Shown here: positions 27,372-34,998 of the stretch, piece after piece
Position numbering within the stretch: position 1 is the stretch's first letter
Layout of the letters: the number at the start of each line of letters is the position of its first letter
Virus record (IMG/VR): IMGVR_UViG_3300018050_001986
Location: 1-34,998 of that record
Strand: one strand, 5' to 3'
From: a virus
Taxonomy: Duplodnaviria > Caudoviricetes
DNA: 34,998 bases
Program-made: the position numbers and the translations under genes
Notes under the pieces: model-generated
Database searches by the model: none
Told to the model about the DNA's origin: nothing
The model's input: the letters and a program-made list of their open reading frames with translations, nothing else

Positions 27372-28029
27372 AACTAAAAAGAGATTTTATGGAAAATACT
27401 TATATAGAGTTAAAATACAAGCTGCAGGCATAAGGCGTCATATCTTTGTCAAAGGTGATATAGCTAAACTTAATTTTTATCATCAAATAGCTTGTAGTAA
27501 TTCCTTTCCGTGGGATCGTACTTTTCATACCGTTCCGGTGGATTACAAACTAAACAACTATTTGTACAAATATATAATTAATAACCCTGGGGTAAAATAT
27601 AGAATTGAACACCCATATATTAGTTTTTATACAGAAACAGAAACAGAATTACAGGACATCTTAACCTGTTTTAAAATTTATGGATCTAAAATTTTTGAAG
27701 TGAGTGGCCCCAAAGATAATACAATTGAATTGTTAAAGGAAAATGTAATTTTAGTTAAAAAAATAAATGAAAAGTATAAATTTAAATTTTTAATAAATGG
27801 GGGAGTTAGGACAAAAGAAACTACTGAACAAAGACAAAGTCTGATGTCTTATCTTTATAATTTAGGCGACGAAATTTATCCCACTAATAGAATTACAATG
27901 AATATGGATTCTAACAATTGGTATTATAACAGTACATATTTTTATTGTACAGATGAAAAAATTTTACTATTATTAAAATTAGCTTATCCAAACTTAATTG
28001 GAAAAACTTTTCAGGTTGTAAGAGTTTAA
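27316..28029 (+). CDS. Hypothetical protein
   Basis: 237 aa ORF overlapping the clpA 3' end; start uncertain. Confidence 0.7.
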   Translation: MKMDILFLKTLNPILNLVETKKRFYGKYLYRVKIQAAGIRRHIFVKGDIAKLNFYHQIACSNSFPWDRTFHTVPVDYKLNNYLYKYIINNPGVKYRIEHPYISFYTETETELQDILTCFKIYGSKIFEVSGPKDNTIELLKENVILVKKINEKYKFKFLINGGVRTKETTEQRQSLMSYLYNLGDEIYPTNRITMNMDSNNWYYNSTYFYCTDEKILLLLKLAYPNLIGKTFQVVRV

Positions 28030-28037
28030 TATAAATA
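28030..28037 (+). promoter_or_regulatory. T4-type late promoter TATAAATA
   Basis: Exact consensus in an intergenic gap. Confidence 0.55.
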
Positions 28038-28056
28038 TTTCAAACAAGGATAATCT

Positions 28057-28233
28057 ATGGCAAAAATTGAAGAACATTTACTTGTTATAAAACTAAGTAG
28101 GTTAGTAAAAGACAATACATTAAAAAATAAAACGACCATTGCTGATAGTTTAACACCGGATGCTCTTGCTAGCTTAGAGCAGTTGGTTCAGGAACTATTA
28201 GGAGATGGATTAGTAGTAGAAATAGAAAACTAA
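28057..28233 (+). CDS. Small hypothetical protein (58 aa), missed by the ORF track
   Basis: AAGGA SD; MAKIEEHLLVIKLSRLVKD...LEQLVQELLGDGLVVEIEN; fills the gap. Confidence 0.75.
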   Translation: MAKIEEHLLVIKLSRLVKDNTLKNKTTIADSLTPDALASLEQLVQELLGDGLVVEIEN

Positions 28234-28250
28234 ATTGAAAGAGAAAATCA

Positions 28251-29186
28251 ATGAGTGATAAAAAAGCAAAAGAAATCGATTTAACAAAAGCAAAAGATGG
28301 TGCTGCTGGTAAAGTAACTATTCCAAAACTGTCTAAACCAATTATGCCGGTCCCTGAAACTAATACAACTGTACAACAATCACCTATCAAATATGATTTC
28401 ACAAAGGCACATGTACATTTTGCAATGCCTTGTTATGGTGGTATGGTTAGTGAACCAACAATGACCAGCTTCATTAGGTTCAGTTTAATTGCAGCTAAGG
28501 TAGGACTAAACTGGAGTTTAGATACTATGGTCAATGAAAGTTTAGTTACAAGGGCAAGAAATAACCTTTGTGCTAAAATGATGACAAATGCTGCTGCAAC
28601 GCATTTCATGTTTATTGACGCTGATATTAGATTTGAACCAGAAAGTATTTTTGGAATGTTGGCTGCAGATAAAGATGTAATTGGTGGACTTTATCCAAAG
28701 AAAAGCTTGCCTATTGATTATGTAATTAATTTAAAAAATGGTGGCAGAATTGAAGGCCCATGTTTCCAAGTTGATACAGCAGGCACTGGTTTCTTACTAT
28801 TTAAAAAAGATGTTTACAAAAAACTTACAGAATCACACCCAGAATGTAAGTATGTAGACGATATTGGGCTTGGTAAACAGTATGAGCCATTTATGTTTAG
28901 TATTTTTGATACTATTATTGATGCCAAAGGGCATTATCTAAGCGAAGATTGGACTTTTTGCCGTCGTTGGCAAGCATTAGGCGGTGATATTTGGATTGAT
29001 AGTCGTGTATTGCTTAATCATATTGGTCATTATGAGTTTAAAGGCGATCTAGCAGCATTGGAACGCAAAGGTCTAAAACGAGTAGATGCTAATAGCCCTG
29101 AAGGACAAGCAGCACTTGCAGCACAGAAAAAAGTAGTAGAAGAGCAATTGGCTAAACAGGCATTGGAAAAACAACCAGAAGCCTGA
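28251..29186 (+). CDS. GT-A fold glycosyltransferase-like protein
   Basis: ESLVTRARN, FMFIDADI (DxD), GTGFLL and YLSEDWTFCRRW. Confidence 0.75.
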   Translation: MSDKKAKEIDLTKAKDGAAGKVTIPKLSKPIMPVPETNTTVQQSPIKYDFTKAHVHFAMPCYGGMVSEPTMTSFIRFSLIAAKVGLNWSLDTMVNESLVTRARNNLCAKMMTNAAATHFMFIDADIRFEPESIFGMLAADKDVIGGLYPKKSLPIDYVINLKNGGRIEGPCFQVDTAGTGFLLFKKDVYKKLTESHPECKYVDDIGLGKQYEPFMFSIFDTIIDAKGHYLSEDWTFCRRWQALGGDIWIDSRVLLNHIGHYEFKGDLAALERKGLKRVDANSPEGQAALAAQKKVVEEQLAKQALEKQPEA

Positions 29187-29232
29187 TTATTTTATTCATA
29201 ATAAATACTGTATATTATTAAAAATTTACAGT

Positions 29233-30888
29233 ATGCTATTAGAAGATCTTAATCCCACAAAGCCCAGGATAATAGTAACTTATCCTGGGCGTTTTCAGCC
29301 TTTTCACCAGGGACATTTTGAAGTTTTTAAAACTTTACAACAAAGTTTTGGTGCAAATAATGTTTTTATCTTGACCAGTGACAAGACTGATACAAAGAAA
29401 AGTCCTTTTAATTTTCAGGACAAAATTACACTAATGACGGCTGCTGGAGTACCTCAAGATAAAATTATTGAAACTAGCAATATGTATAGTTTGCCTGAAG
29501 AATTTAATGCTGAAAATACTATTTTTATAGCAGCAGTGGGTTCTCCAGATGCAGATCGTCTTAAACCAGATTCAGTTACTAGTAAAAATATTACTGATAA
29601 GAATGGAAATATAAAGCCTGCTGGTAGTCCAAGTTATTATAAAATGTGGACTGGTGCTGCTCCTGTAACTGCAGATAAACATGGTTATGTGGCAATTATT
29701 CCAGAAATACAAAAAACTATTAATATACTAGGGCAAAACTATGATGTTAGTCACGGTACAGAATGCAGAAATTTATGGAATCAAATTAGAAACAATCCCG
29801 ATGCAAGAGTGGAATACTTAAAACAATTATATGGTAAAGCTAACAAAAACTTAGCCAATATATTGGACAAAATTCCTTATTCGACTCCCAATAACGAAGA
29901 TCTTAGCCCTATGGGGCAATCTACTGTAAGCCCAATATCGGGAAATGTTAAAGAAGAAGCTGCAGGGGTGGGGGTAATTGCTAATAAAAAACAGAAAAAA
30001 GATCCTAGATATAGTAATAGTTTGACTAAAGATGTAAAACCTGGTGCTATTCAACATGCATTAAGAGGGTTTAGATTAGCTGAGGGAAGAATAAAAGAAA
30101 CAGAAGTAAAAGTTACTCCAGAAAACTATCATGATTTTGTAAGTCCAAATCAACCCCCTGTTCCAGCAGACTTTTTTCAAGGCATGTTTTCGGGACAGTT
30201 TTCAAAAGCAATGACAAAGCATCTTCAAAGAGACCCAGTAACAGGAAAAATAACAAACCCACCAACACCAAGGGTAACTATTGCTGGACCTGAAGAAGAA
30301 ATATGGACGAATCCAGAATTTAAAGCCATACGCCCTCAAGCTCCATACAAATTGCCTGAAGCGCAAGTAAATGAAAAATGGTCTAACAAATACAAGAAAA
30401 GTATAAATTGTAATAGTCCTAAAGGGTTTAGCCAAAAAGCACATTGCCAGGGTAGAAAAGCTAGGCAAGCAGGCAAACACACTAAATCAAAAAAGGTACT
30501 TGAAGACATTAACCAGGACAATTTTATAACTTTATTATCTAACATGTTAACAATAACAATGGAGCAATTAAAATTAGATGTATTGCCCCCAATACATTTA
30601 CATAAGCATATTGCACCAGCCAATGGGCAAGCAACATTTGGTAGATATTTAAATGATAGTGTGGAAATAAATCTTGCATTAGGTGGTAGACATCCTGTTG
30701 ATATTTTAAGAACATTGGCGCATGAACTTGTTCACTTTAAGCAACACTTAGATCATAAATTAAATGCTAAAAGTGGAGACACTGGCAGTCCAGAGGAAAA
30801 TGAAGCTCATGCCAAAGCAGGTATAATTATGAGAATATTTAATAAAAAATACCCGCATGCTGTAGAGTTGAAGCCAATTGATCTATAA
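29233..30888 (+). CDS. Mosaic protein: N-terminal HxGH nucleotidyltransferase-like domain, small basic modules, C-terminal HExxH metallopeptidase-like domain
   Basis: YPGRFQPFHQGH and SHGT; RTLAHELVH...ENEA; ATAAATA at 29201. Confidence 0.75.
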   Translation: MLLEDLNPTKPRIIVTYPGRFQPFHQGHFEVFKTLQQSFGANNVFILTSDKTDTKKSPFNFQDKITLMTAAGVPQDKIIETSNMYSLPEEFNAENTIFIAAVGSPDADRLKPDSVTSKNITDKNGNIKPAGSPSYYKMWTGAAPVTADKHGYVAIIPEIQKTINILGQNYDVSHGTECRNLWNQIRNNPDARVEYLKQLYGKANKNLANILDKIPYSTPNNEDLSPMGQSTVSPISGNVKEEAAGVGVIANKKQKKDPRYSNSLTKDVKPGAIQHALRGFRLAEGRIKETEVKVTPENYHDFVSPNQPPVPADFFQGMFSGQFSKAMTKHLQRDPVTGKITNPPTPRVTIAGPEEEIWTNPEFKAIRPQAPYKLPEAQVNEKWSNKYKKSINCNSPKGFSQKAHCQGRKARQAGKHTKSKKVLEDINQDNFITLLSNMLTITMEQLKLDVLPPIHLHKHIAPANGQATFGRYLNDSVEINLALGGRHPVDILRTLAHELVHFKQHLDHKLNAKSGDTGSPEENEAHAKAGIIMRIFNKKYPHAVELKPIDL

Positions 30889-30890
30889 AC

Positions 30891-31256
30891 ATGGATTTTG
30901 TTAGTATAGAACTCCCTATAATTACTAATTATAAATTAGAGATACCAGAGTCGTACAGGATTTATGCTAATAACGATTTATTAGTAGAAAGAACCACGCA
31001 TTGGGATACAGAATATTACATTGTAAATGAAAAAATTGCAGTTGCAAAAGTAGATAATTTGGAACTGAATATAGTTCATACTTTATTCAATAAATTAAAA
31101 AAAAGTAGAGAAGTAAATTTTAATGATATTGAGTTACCATTTAATTTTCAATGGATAAAAATAAATGATGTAATAGTAACTCCAGAAGTAATTTCAGCAT
31201 ATGTTAATCCAATGTTAGATTTTAGTTTTAGCAATAAAATAAAAATAACTGTATAA
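30891..31256 (+). CDS. Hypothetical protein
   Basis: 121 aa ORF. Confidence 0.7.
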   Translation: MDFVSIELPIITNYKLEIPESYRIYANNDLLVERTTHWDTEYYIVNEKIAVAKVDNLELNIVHTLFNKLKKSREVNFNDIELPFNFQWIKINDVIVTPEVISAYVNPMLDFSFSNKIKITV

Positions 31257-31259
31257 ATA
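31252..31259 (+). promoter_or_regulatory. T4-type late promoter TATAAATA
   Basis: Exact consensus about 20 nt upstream of ATG 31280. Confidence 0.6.
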
Positions 31260-31279
31260 CCATAATTGGGGTAAAAAAC

Positions 31280-33088
31280 ATGAAAAGTTTAGATTTTCTT
31301 AAAGAAGGATTTGTTGAGGACGCAAGTGAAGCTCATCAAGACCATGAAGTTCAGATGGCGCGTCAAGAGTGCTTTAATACGGCAGAAAATGCATTAGCAT
31401 TACATAAATTACTACGCAACATAAGTGAAGCACAAGGATTAGAGGGCTGGGTAAGCAGTAAAATTACACTAGCAAATGATTACTTAAAAAGAGTGCGTGA
31501 GTATCTAGAATATGAATTTTTAACTAAAGATATAAATGAAATTACTCCACAAGCTACAATAGCTGAAAACGCAGAGCCAAAAAAAAAATTAATTGAATAT
31601 AAGATAGTATCTGGTCAAGAAGGCAAATCAGAAAATTATGTAATTACTGGATTAGATACAAAAACTTTAGATCAATTAGCAAGAGCGTATTATGGCGCTA
31701 TTAAATTAGAGCAAGATCCTAAAAACCCAAATGTAACAACTATAGTTTGGGATTTACCGACTGCTGGCCCTACTCAGTATGGCAGTTACGATGCTAGTTC
31801 AGGCACAGCCACTTTTATTAAAAAGATGACAGATGCAGGGGATCAATTAGCAAAATCTGTTAAGAAGATAGATCAAGTTGTAGAAGAAGGCTCAGACCTC
31901 GATCAACAGGCCATGTCTGTGGCAGATAAACTAACTTCTGGAAAAAACTTAGAAAAGTTACAGACCATGCGTCATGACAGCACTGTGTATCGTGCGTTGG
32001 ATCGTTATTTTGCCAAGAATAATATTCCAGAAAACATATACAATCGTGTTGCCAATATAGTATTCAAAAGAATCAATACGCAAGGTGTGGCAGAAGGCGA
32101 CATGTATGGCGACGAAGAAGTAAGTTGGGAAAAAGGTGGTCGTAGAGCCCCAACTGGCGCATTTAGAAATCCTGCTGCCAACAATGTTGTGTTCTTGGGT
32201 ACAGGAGACAATGGCAGCAAATATGAAATCATACAATCCGGAGATGATTTTATGATTCATGCCAATGGTAAGCACATTGATTCTTATAGTAGTCTACAAC
32301 GAGCAATGAGTGTGCTAAAGAATGAAGTACCAGGATTGCAGCAAGGTGTGGCGGAAGGCAAATTAAATGAATTCGATTTATTTGCTCCGAGAATCACTTA
32401 TATAAAAATTCATAATGGACAATGGGTAAAAGCCAAGTACAGAGCCACACAAACACTTGGTACAGAAGGGGACAATCCAACATTTGTAGATTTTTCTTAT
32501 GTTTCTGACGATGCAGCAAATCGTATGGGACTTAATCAAAGACTCAAAGCAGGTACAACCGGTCGTCGACCGGCTGGGCAAATTACTATAGCTAACCCAG
32601 GACCAACACAGCAAACAGGACCGTTTGGCCCAACAAATATAGATTTAATTGATTTAAGTAATCCGTATTTTAACGCAGATGAAAAACTTCTTTCACAATT
32701 GAATCAATGGTTAGAAAAAACACCCTCACTGAATAAAAACAAAAGTGTGGCGGAAGGCAAAAAATGCAATCATACCATGGAAGGCACTCAATGTCCGGTG
32801 CATGGTTTGGCAGAGTGTCCAATGCAGGAAAATAAAAAATTAAAAGAAACAACTGCAGGTTCTGTGGCAGGGGTAAACAATCCACCAGGTAAGAATAGTG
32901 GCAAAAAGAAAAGTCAAATAGGTTCACTTTTTGGAGGTACATATAAACAACCTGTACACGAAACTGATTTTGCAGGTGAAAAAACAACCCCACCACAGAA
33001 ACCAGGAGACCAAGTAAGAGGGACAGAAAAAGCTGTTAAAAAAGGTAAACAACAGCCTTTTTATCATAGATTAGTTGGCAATGAATAG
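31280..33088 (+). CDS. Modular protein with QGVAEG-delimited segments (putative virion-internal polyprotein)
   Basis: QVVEEG, QGVAEG (twice) and KSVAEG separate unrelated segments. Confidence 0.8.
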   Translation: MKSLDFLKEGFVEDASEAHQDHEVQMARQECFNTAENALALHKLLRNISEAQGLEGWVSSKITLANDYLKRVREYLEYEFLTKDINEITPQATIAENAEPKKKLIEYKIVSGQEGKSENYVITGLDTKTLDQLARAYYGAIKLEQDPKNPNVTTIVWDLPTAGPTQYGSYDASSGTATFIKKMTDAGDQLAKSVKKIDQVVEEGSDLDQQAMSVADKLTSGKNLEKLQTMRHDSTVYRALDRYFAKNNIPENIYNRVANIVFKRINTQGVAEGDMYGDEEVSWEKGGRRAPTGAFRNPAANNVVFLGTGDNGSKYEIIQSGDDFMIHANGKHIDSYSSLQRAMSVLKNEVPGLQQGVAEGKLNEFDLFAPRITYIKIHNGQWVKAKYRATQTLGTEGDNPTFVDFSYVSDDAANRMGLNQRLKAGTTGRRPAGQITIANPGPTQQTGPFGPTNIDLIDLSNPYFNADEKLLSQLNQWLEKTPSLNKNKSVAEGKKCNHTMEGTQCPVHGLAECPMQENKKLKETTAGSVAGVNNPPGKNSGKKKSQIGSLFGGTYKQPVHETDFAGEKTTPPQKPGDQVRGTEKAVKKGKQQPFYHRLVGNE

Positions 33089-34953
33089 GAAATAATATGT
33101 TATTAGATGATTTTTCCGCTCCTAATAAAAGAATTATTAATAAAAAATATGTGGTTTACCTAGACGGGAACCCTGCAATTTATCAAGATACTTTACGGGA
33201 TGCAGAGGGGGATGTTTATGATATTAAAAAATTACTGCCCAATGGAAAAGTAGAGATCAGACAGGAAATTTGCTATGATGAAATTATTAGCAAATCACAG
33301 TCATATATTGAAGAATCATTAGATGAAAATTTAAAACAATGGTTTAAGGAAAAATGGGTAAGATTTGGTCCAGATGGTAAAATTCGCGGTGATTGCGCAC
33401 GAGGTGATAGCAGTGAAGGCAAGCCAAAATGTTTGCCTCAGGCTAAAGCACATGCATTAGGAAAAAAAGGTCGTAAATATGCTGCTAGTAAAAAACGAAG
33501 GGAAGACCCAAATCCAGAACGCTCAGGTTCAGCAATTAATGTAGCAACAAAAAAGAAACAAGGTGTGGTGGAAGGCCAATTAAATGAAAATCAAAATAGC
33601 GGAATAGTTTATGCCACTGGCCCTAGAAAGATGGGAACCAATGATGTCAATCTAATATTCAAGAATCTAAACACAAACAAAATAGTAGCATGGGTAGTTG
33701 GTAACAACGACGATGGCGGTGTATACGAAATACGCATCAATCAAAATGGCGTGAAAAAGGGACCACCTAACTTTGTAGCTACAGGAAATCCGCAGGACGA
33801 CAGCGATCAACACCTAATATATAAATTAGGCAAACCAGGAACAGGTAGAATGTCGGCCATTGGATCAGTAATGCAAAATGGGTTTGATAAGAAAAATAGT
33901 ACCTATTATGGCCAACCTTTAGAGTTTTTAGGTGATGATGATTGGTGGAGTTTCTTAGAAAACATAATAGGCGATATCACTTGGGAAGATGATGCCATTG
34001 ACGCAGGTTATGTAGATAGGTTAGACAACGGCGATCTTGTATTTGTCAAACAAAATCTTTCAAAGGACTCATTAAATGAATTAGCCCCGACCAAGTTTGT
34101 TGGTAACTTTAATCGCGGCGGTGGCGGGGCAGGTCGCGGCGGCGACGATGACCGCAATGAAAGAGATGACAGTGACGACGAAGGTATTATTAATAAAATA
34201 CTACAGGCTCTAGAGCGTTTGCAGCCCGACCCTTTCGAGACTTATGGTGGGGAAGTAGAAGATGTAGTGGTAAATCTAGTATCCAGCGGTAGACTAGACG
34301 ACTATATCAGAGCAGTGGGTATGGGCAATATACCTATGAAAGAATTGATCAAGCAAGGGGTCATTCAAACACTTAAAGAACTTAATGAATTATATGGCGA
34401 CCAAGGTGTGGCGGAAGGCCAATTAAATGAATTAGCTCCTAATCCCGGAGGCGGCGATGGCGGTGGTAGGGACGATGGCGATGACGGCTTTGAACTTCCC
34501 TTAGATTTTAAGGGACAGAATATATTAGTTTGGCCAAGAAATAAAAAACATTCCATGGGGGATACTGCAACTCCCTTTCCTCGAGGAGAACGGTTTACCG
34601 GCAAGGTCTATATCATGTGGGACCGACCAAAAATAGAAGCAATATGGTATCTAGATCCCAAAGACCGAGAGGATCGAGAAAAAGAATACAAAAGAGTTTA
34701 CGAACCCAGGGGTTGGGAGGATTATTTAGATCACAAGTGGTACGACACTACTGGTGTAAGATATCGTTTTGTAACAGATTGGCGACTTATCCCTGCTAAA
34801 GAGCCAGGAGGCTGGCCCGGAATAGTAGACGCCTGGGGCCAAGACATGAAAGCAGAAGTGATGAACTATCCCGAGAGCTTCATCACAGAAATAATTCAGA
34901 AAGACGGCGACGGCAGACATTTTGTTGAGCCAAGACAAAATGTAGCGGAAGGC
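31874..34953 (+). repeat. Dispersed in-frame 18-bp direct repeat CAAGGTGTGGCGGAAGGC
   Basis: Copies at 32342 and 34402 (exact), 32081 and 33559 (1 mismatch), 32741 (2), 34936 (3) and 31874 (4). Confidence 0.9.
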
Positions 34954-34998
34954 TCATTAAATGAGTTTGCTCCGACCAAGTTTATTGGTAACTTTAAT
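33097..34998 (+). CDS. Modular QGVAEG/LNE(L/F)AP polyprotein, 3'-truncated by the window (at least 634 aa); absent from the ORF track
   Basis: AGGA SD and ATG 33097 (MLLDDFSAP...); translated by hand with no stop to 34998. Confidence 0.88.
   Translation, partial: MLLDDFSAPNKRIINKKYVVYLDGNPAIYQDTLRDAEGDVYDIKKLLPNGKVEIRQEICYDEIISKSQSYIEESLDENLKQWFKEKWVRFGPDGKIRGDCARGDSSEGKPKCLPQAKAHALGKKGRKYAASKKRREDPNPERSGSAINVATKKKQGVVEGQLNENQNSGIVYATGPRKMGTNDVNLIFKNLNTNKIVAWVVGNNDDGGVYEIRINQNGVKKGPPNFVATGNPQDDSDQHLIYKLGKPGTGRMSAIGSVMQNGFDKKNSTYYGQPLEFLGDDDWWSFLENIIGDITWEDDAIDAGYVDRLDNGDLVFVKQNLSKDSLNELAPTKFVGNFNRGGGGAGRGGDDDRNERDDSDDEGIINKILQALERLQPDPFETYGGEVEDVVVNLVSSGRLDDYIRAVGMGNIPMKELIKQGVIQTLKELNELYGDQGVAEGQLNELAPNPGGGDGGGRDDGDDGFELPLDFKGQNILVWPRNKKHSMGDTATPFPRGERFTGKVYIMWDRPKIEAIWYLDPKDREDREKEYKRVYEPRGWEDYLDHKWYDTTGVRYRFVTDWRLIPAKEPGGWPGIVDAWGQDMKAEVMNYPESFITEIIQKDGDGRHFVEPRQNVAEGSLNEFAPTKFIGNFN
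34068..34998 (+). repeat. 46-bp direct repeat encoding SLNE(L/F)APTKF(V/I)GNFN
   Basis: 34068-34113 versus 34953-34998, 4 mismatches. Confidence 0.9.

Noticed and set aside
29205-29234. Inverted repeat ATACTGTA...TACAGTAT before ORF 29233
   Set aside because: It is AT-rich with a 14-nt loop and could be chance. It may be a regulatory hairpin, but the support is too weak to call.
34365-34938. ORF-track calls 34365..34604 (-), 34617..34799 (+) and 34726..34938 (-)
   Set aside because: They are shadows of the long open frame from 33097 to the end, which the track missed because it has no stop in the window.
31874-34953. QGVAEG repeats as a CRISPR array
   Set aside because: The spacing is hundreds of bp and irregular, the repeats are in frame within ORFs, and no cas genes are present.
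1-34998. Stop-codon reassignment, as seen in some large phages
   Set aside because: Recognisable genes such as clpA, phoH, dnaJ and the clamp loader are full length in the standard code, and TAA, TGA and TAG all end genes. The DnaE fragment's TAG is followed two codons later by an in-frame TAA, so readthrough would not extend it.
1-34998. Bacterial chromosome origin suggested by infA, sod, dnaJ, clpA and groES
   Set aside because: These genes are interspersed with virion, lysis and gp44-like genes and lack their usual bacterial operon partners.
1-34998. tRNA, rRNA, integrase, transposase or reverse transcriptase
   Set aside because: None was recognised, and the intergenic gaps are short and AT-rich. 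No recombinase that could act on the repeats is visible in this window.

Overview
AT-rich, gene-dense window with nearly all genes on the + strand. It looks like part of a large lytic tailed phage with T4-like features (TATAAATA late-promoter motifs, gp9/gp10-type N-terminus, gp44/RFC clamp loader, PhoH, MazG). Spanin-like genes suggest a Gram-negative host. From left to right: an array of small paralogous genes ending in F-x-L-[RK]-W; a PlcP-like phosphoesterase with a GT4 (Agt-like) glycosyltransferase; BI-1/YccA, IF-1 and SOD; tail/baseplate proteins; MazG; a stand-alone DnaE fragment; GroES; a cytidylyltransferase; the clamp loader; PhoH; an extended GH19 lysis/membrane cluster; DnaJ and ClpA; and three mosaic late proteins. 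The most striking signal is at 31.3-35 kb. Two long ORFs there, one missing from the ORF track (33097 to the window end), are built from unrelated modules joined in frame by a conserved GC-rich DNA repeat, CAAGGTGTGGCGGAAGGC, often followed by (C/A)AATTAAATGAA, encoding QGVAEG-x-LNE. This suggests shuffleable cassette polyproteins cut by the prohead protease into virion-packaged effectors. All calls come from motif recognition by eye; no database search was run.
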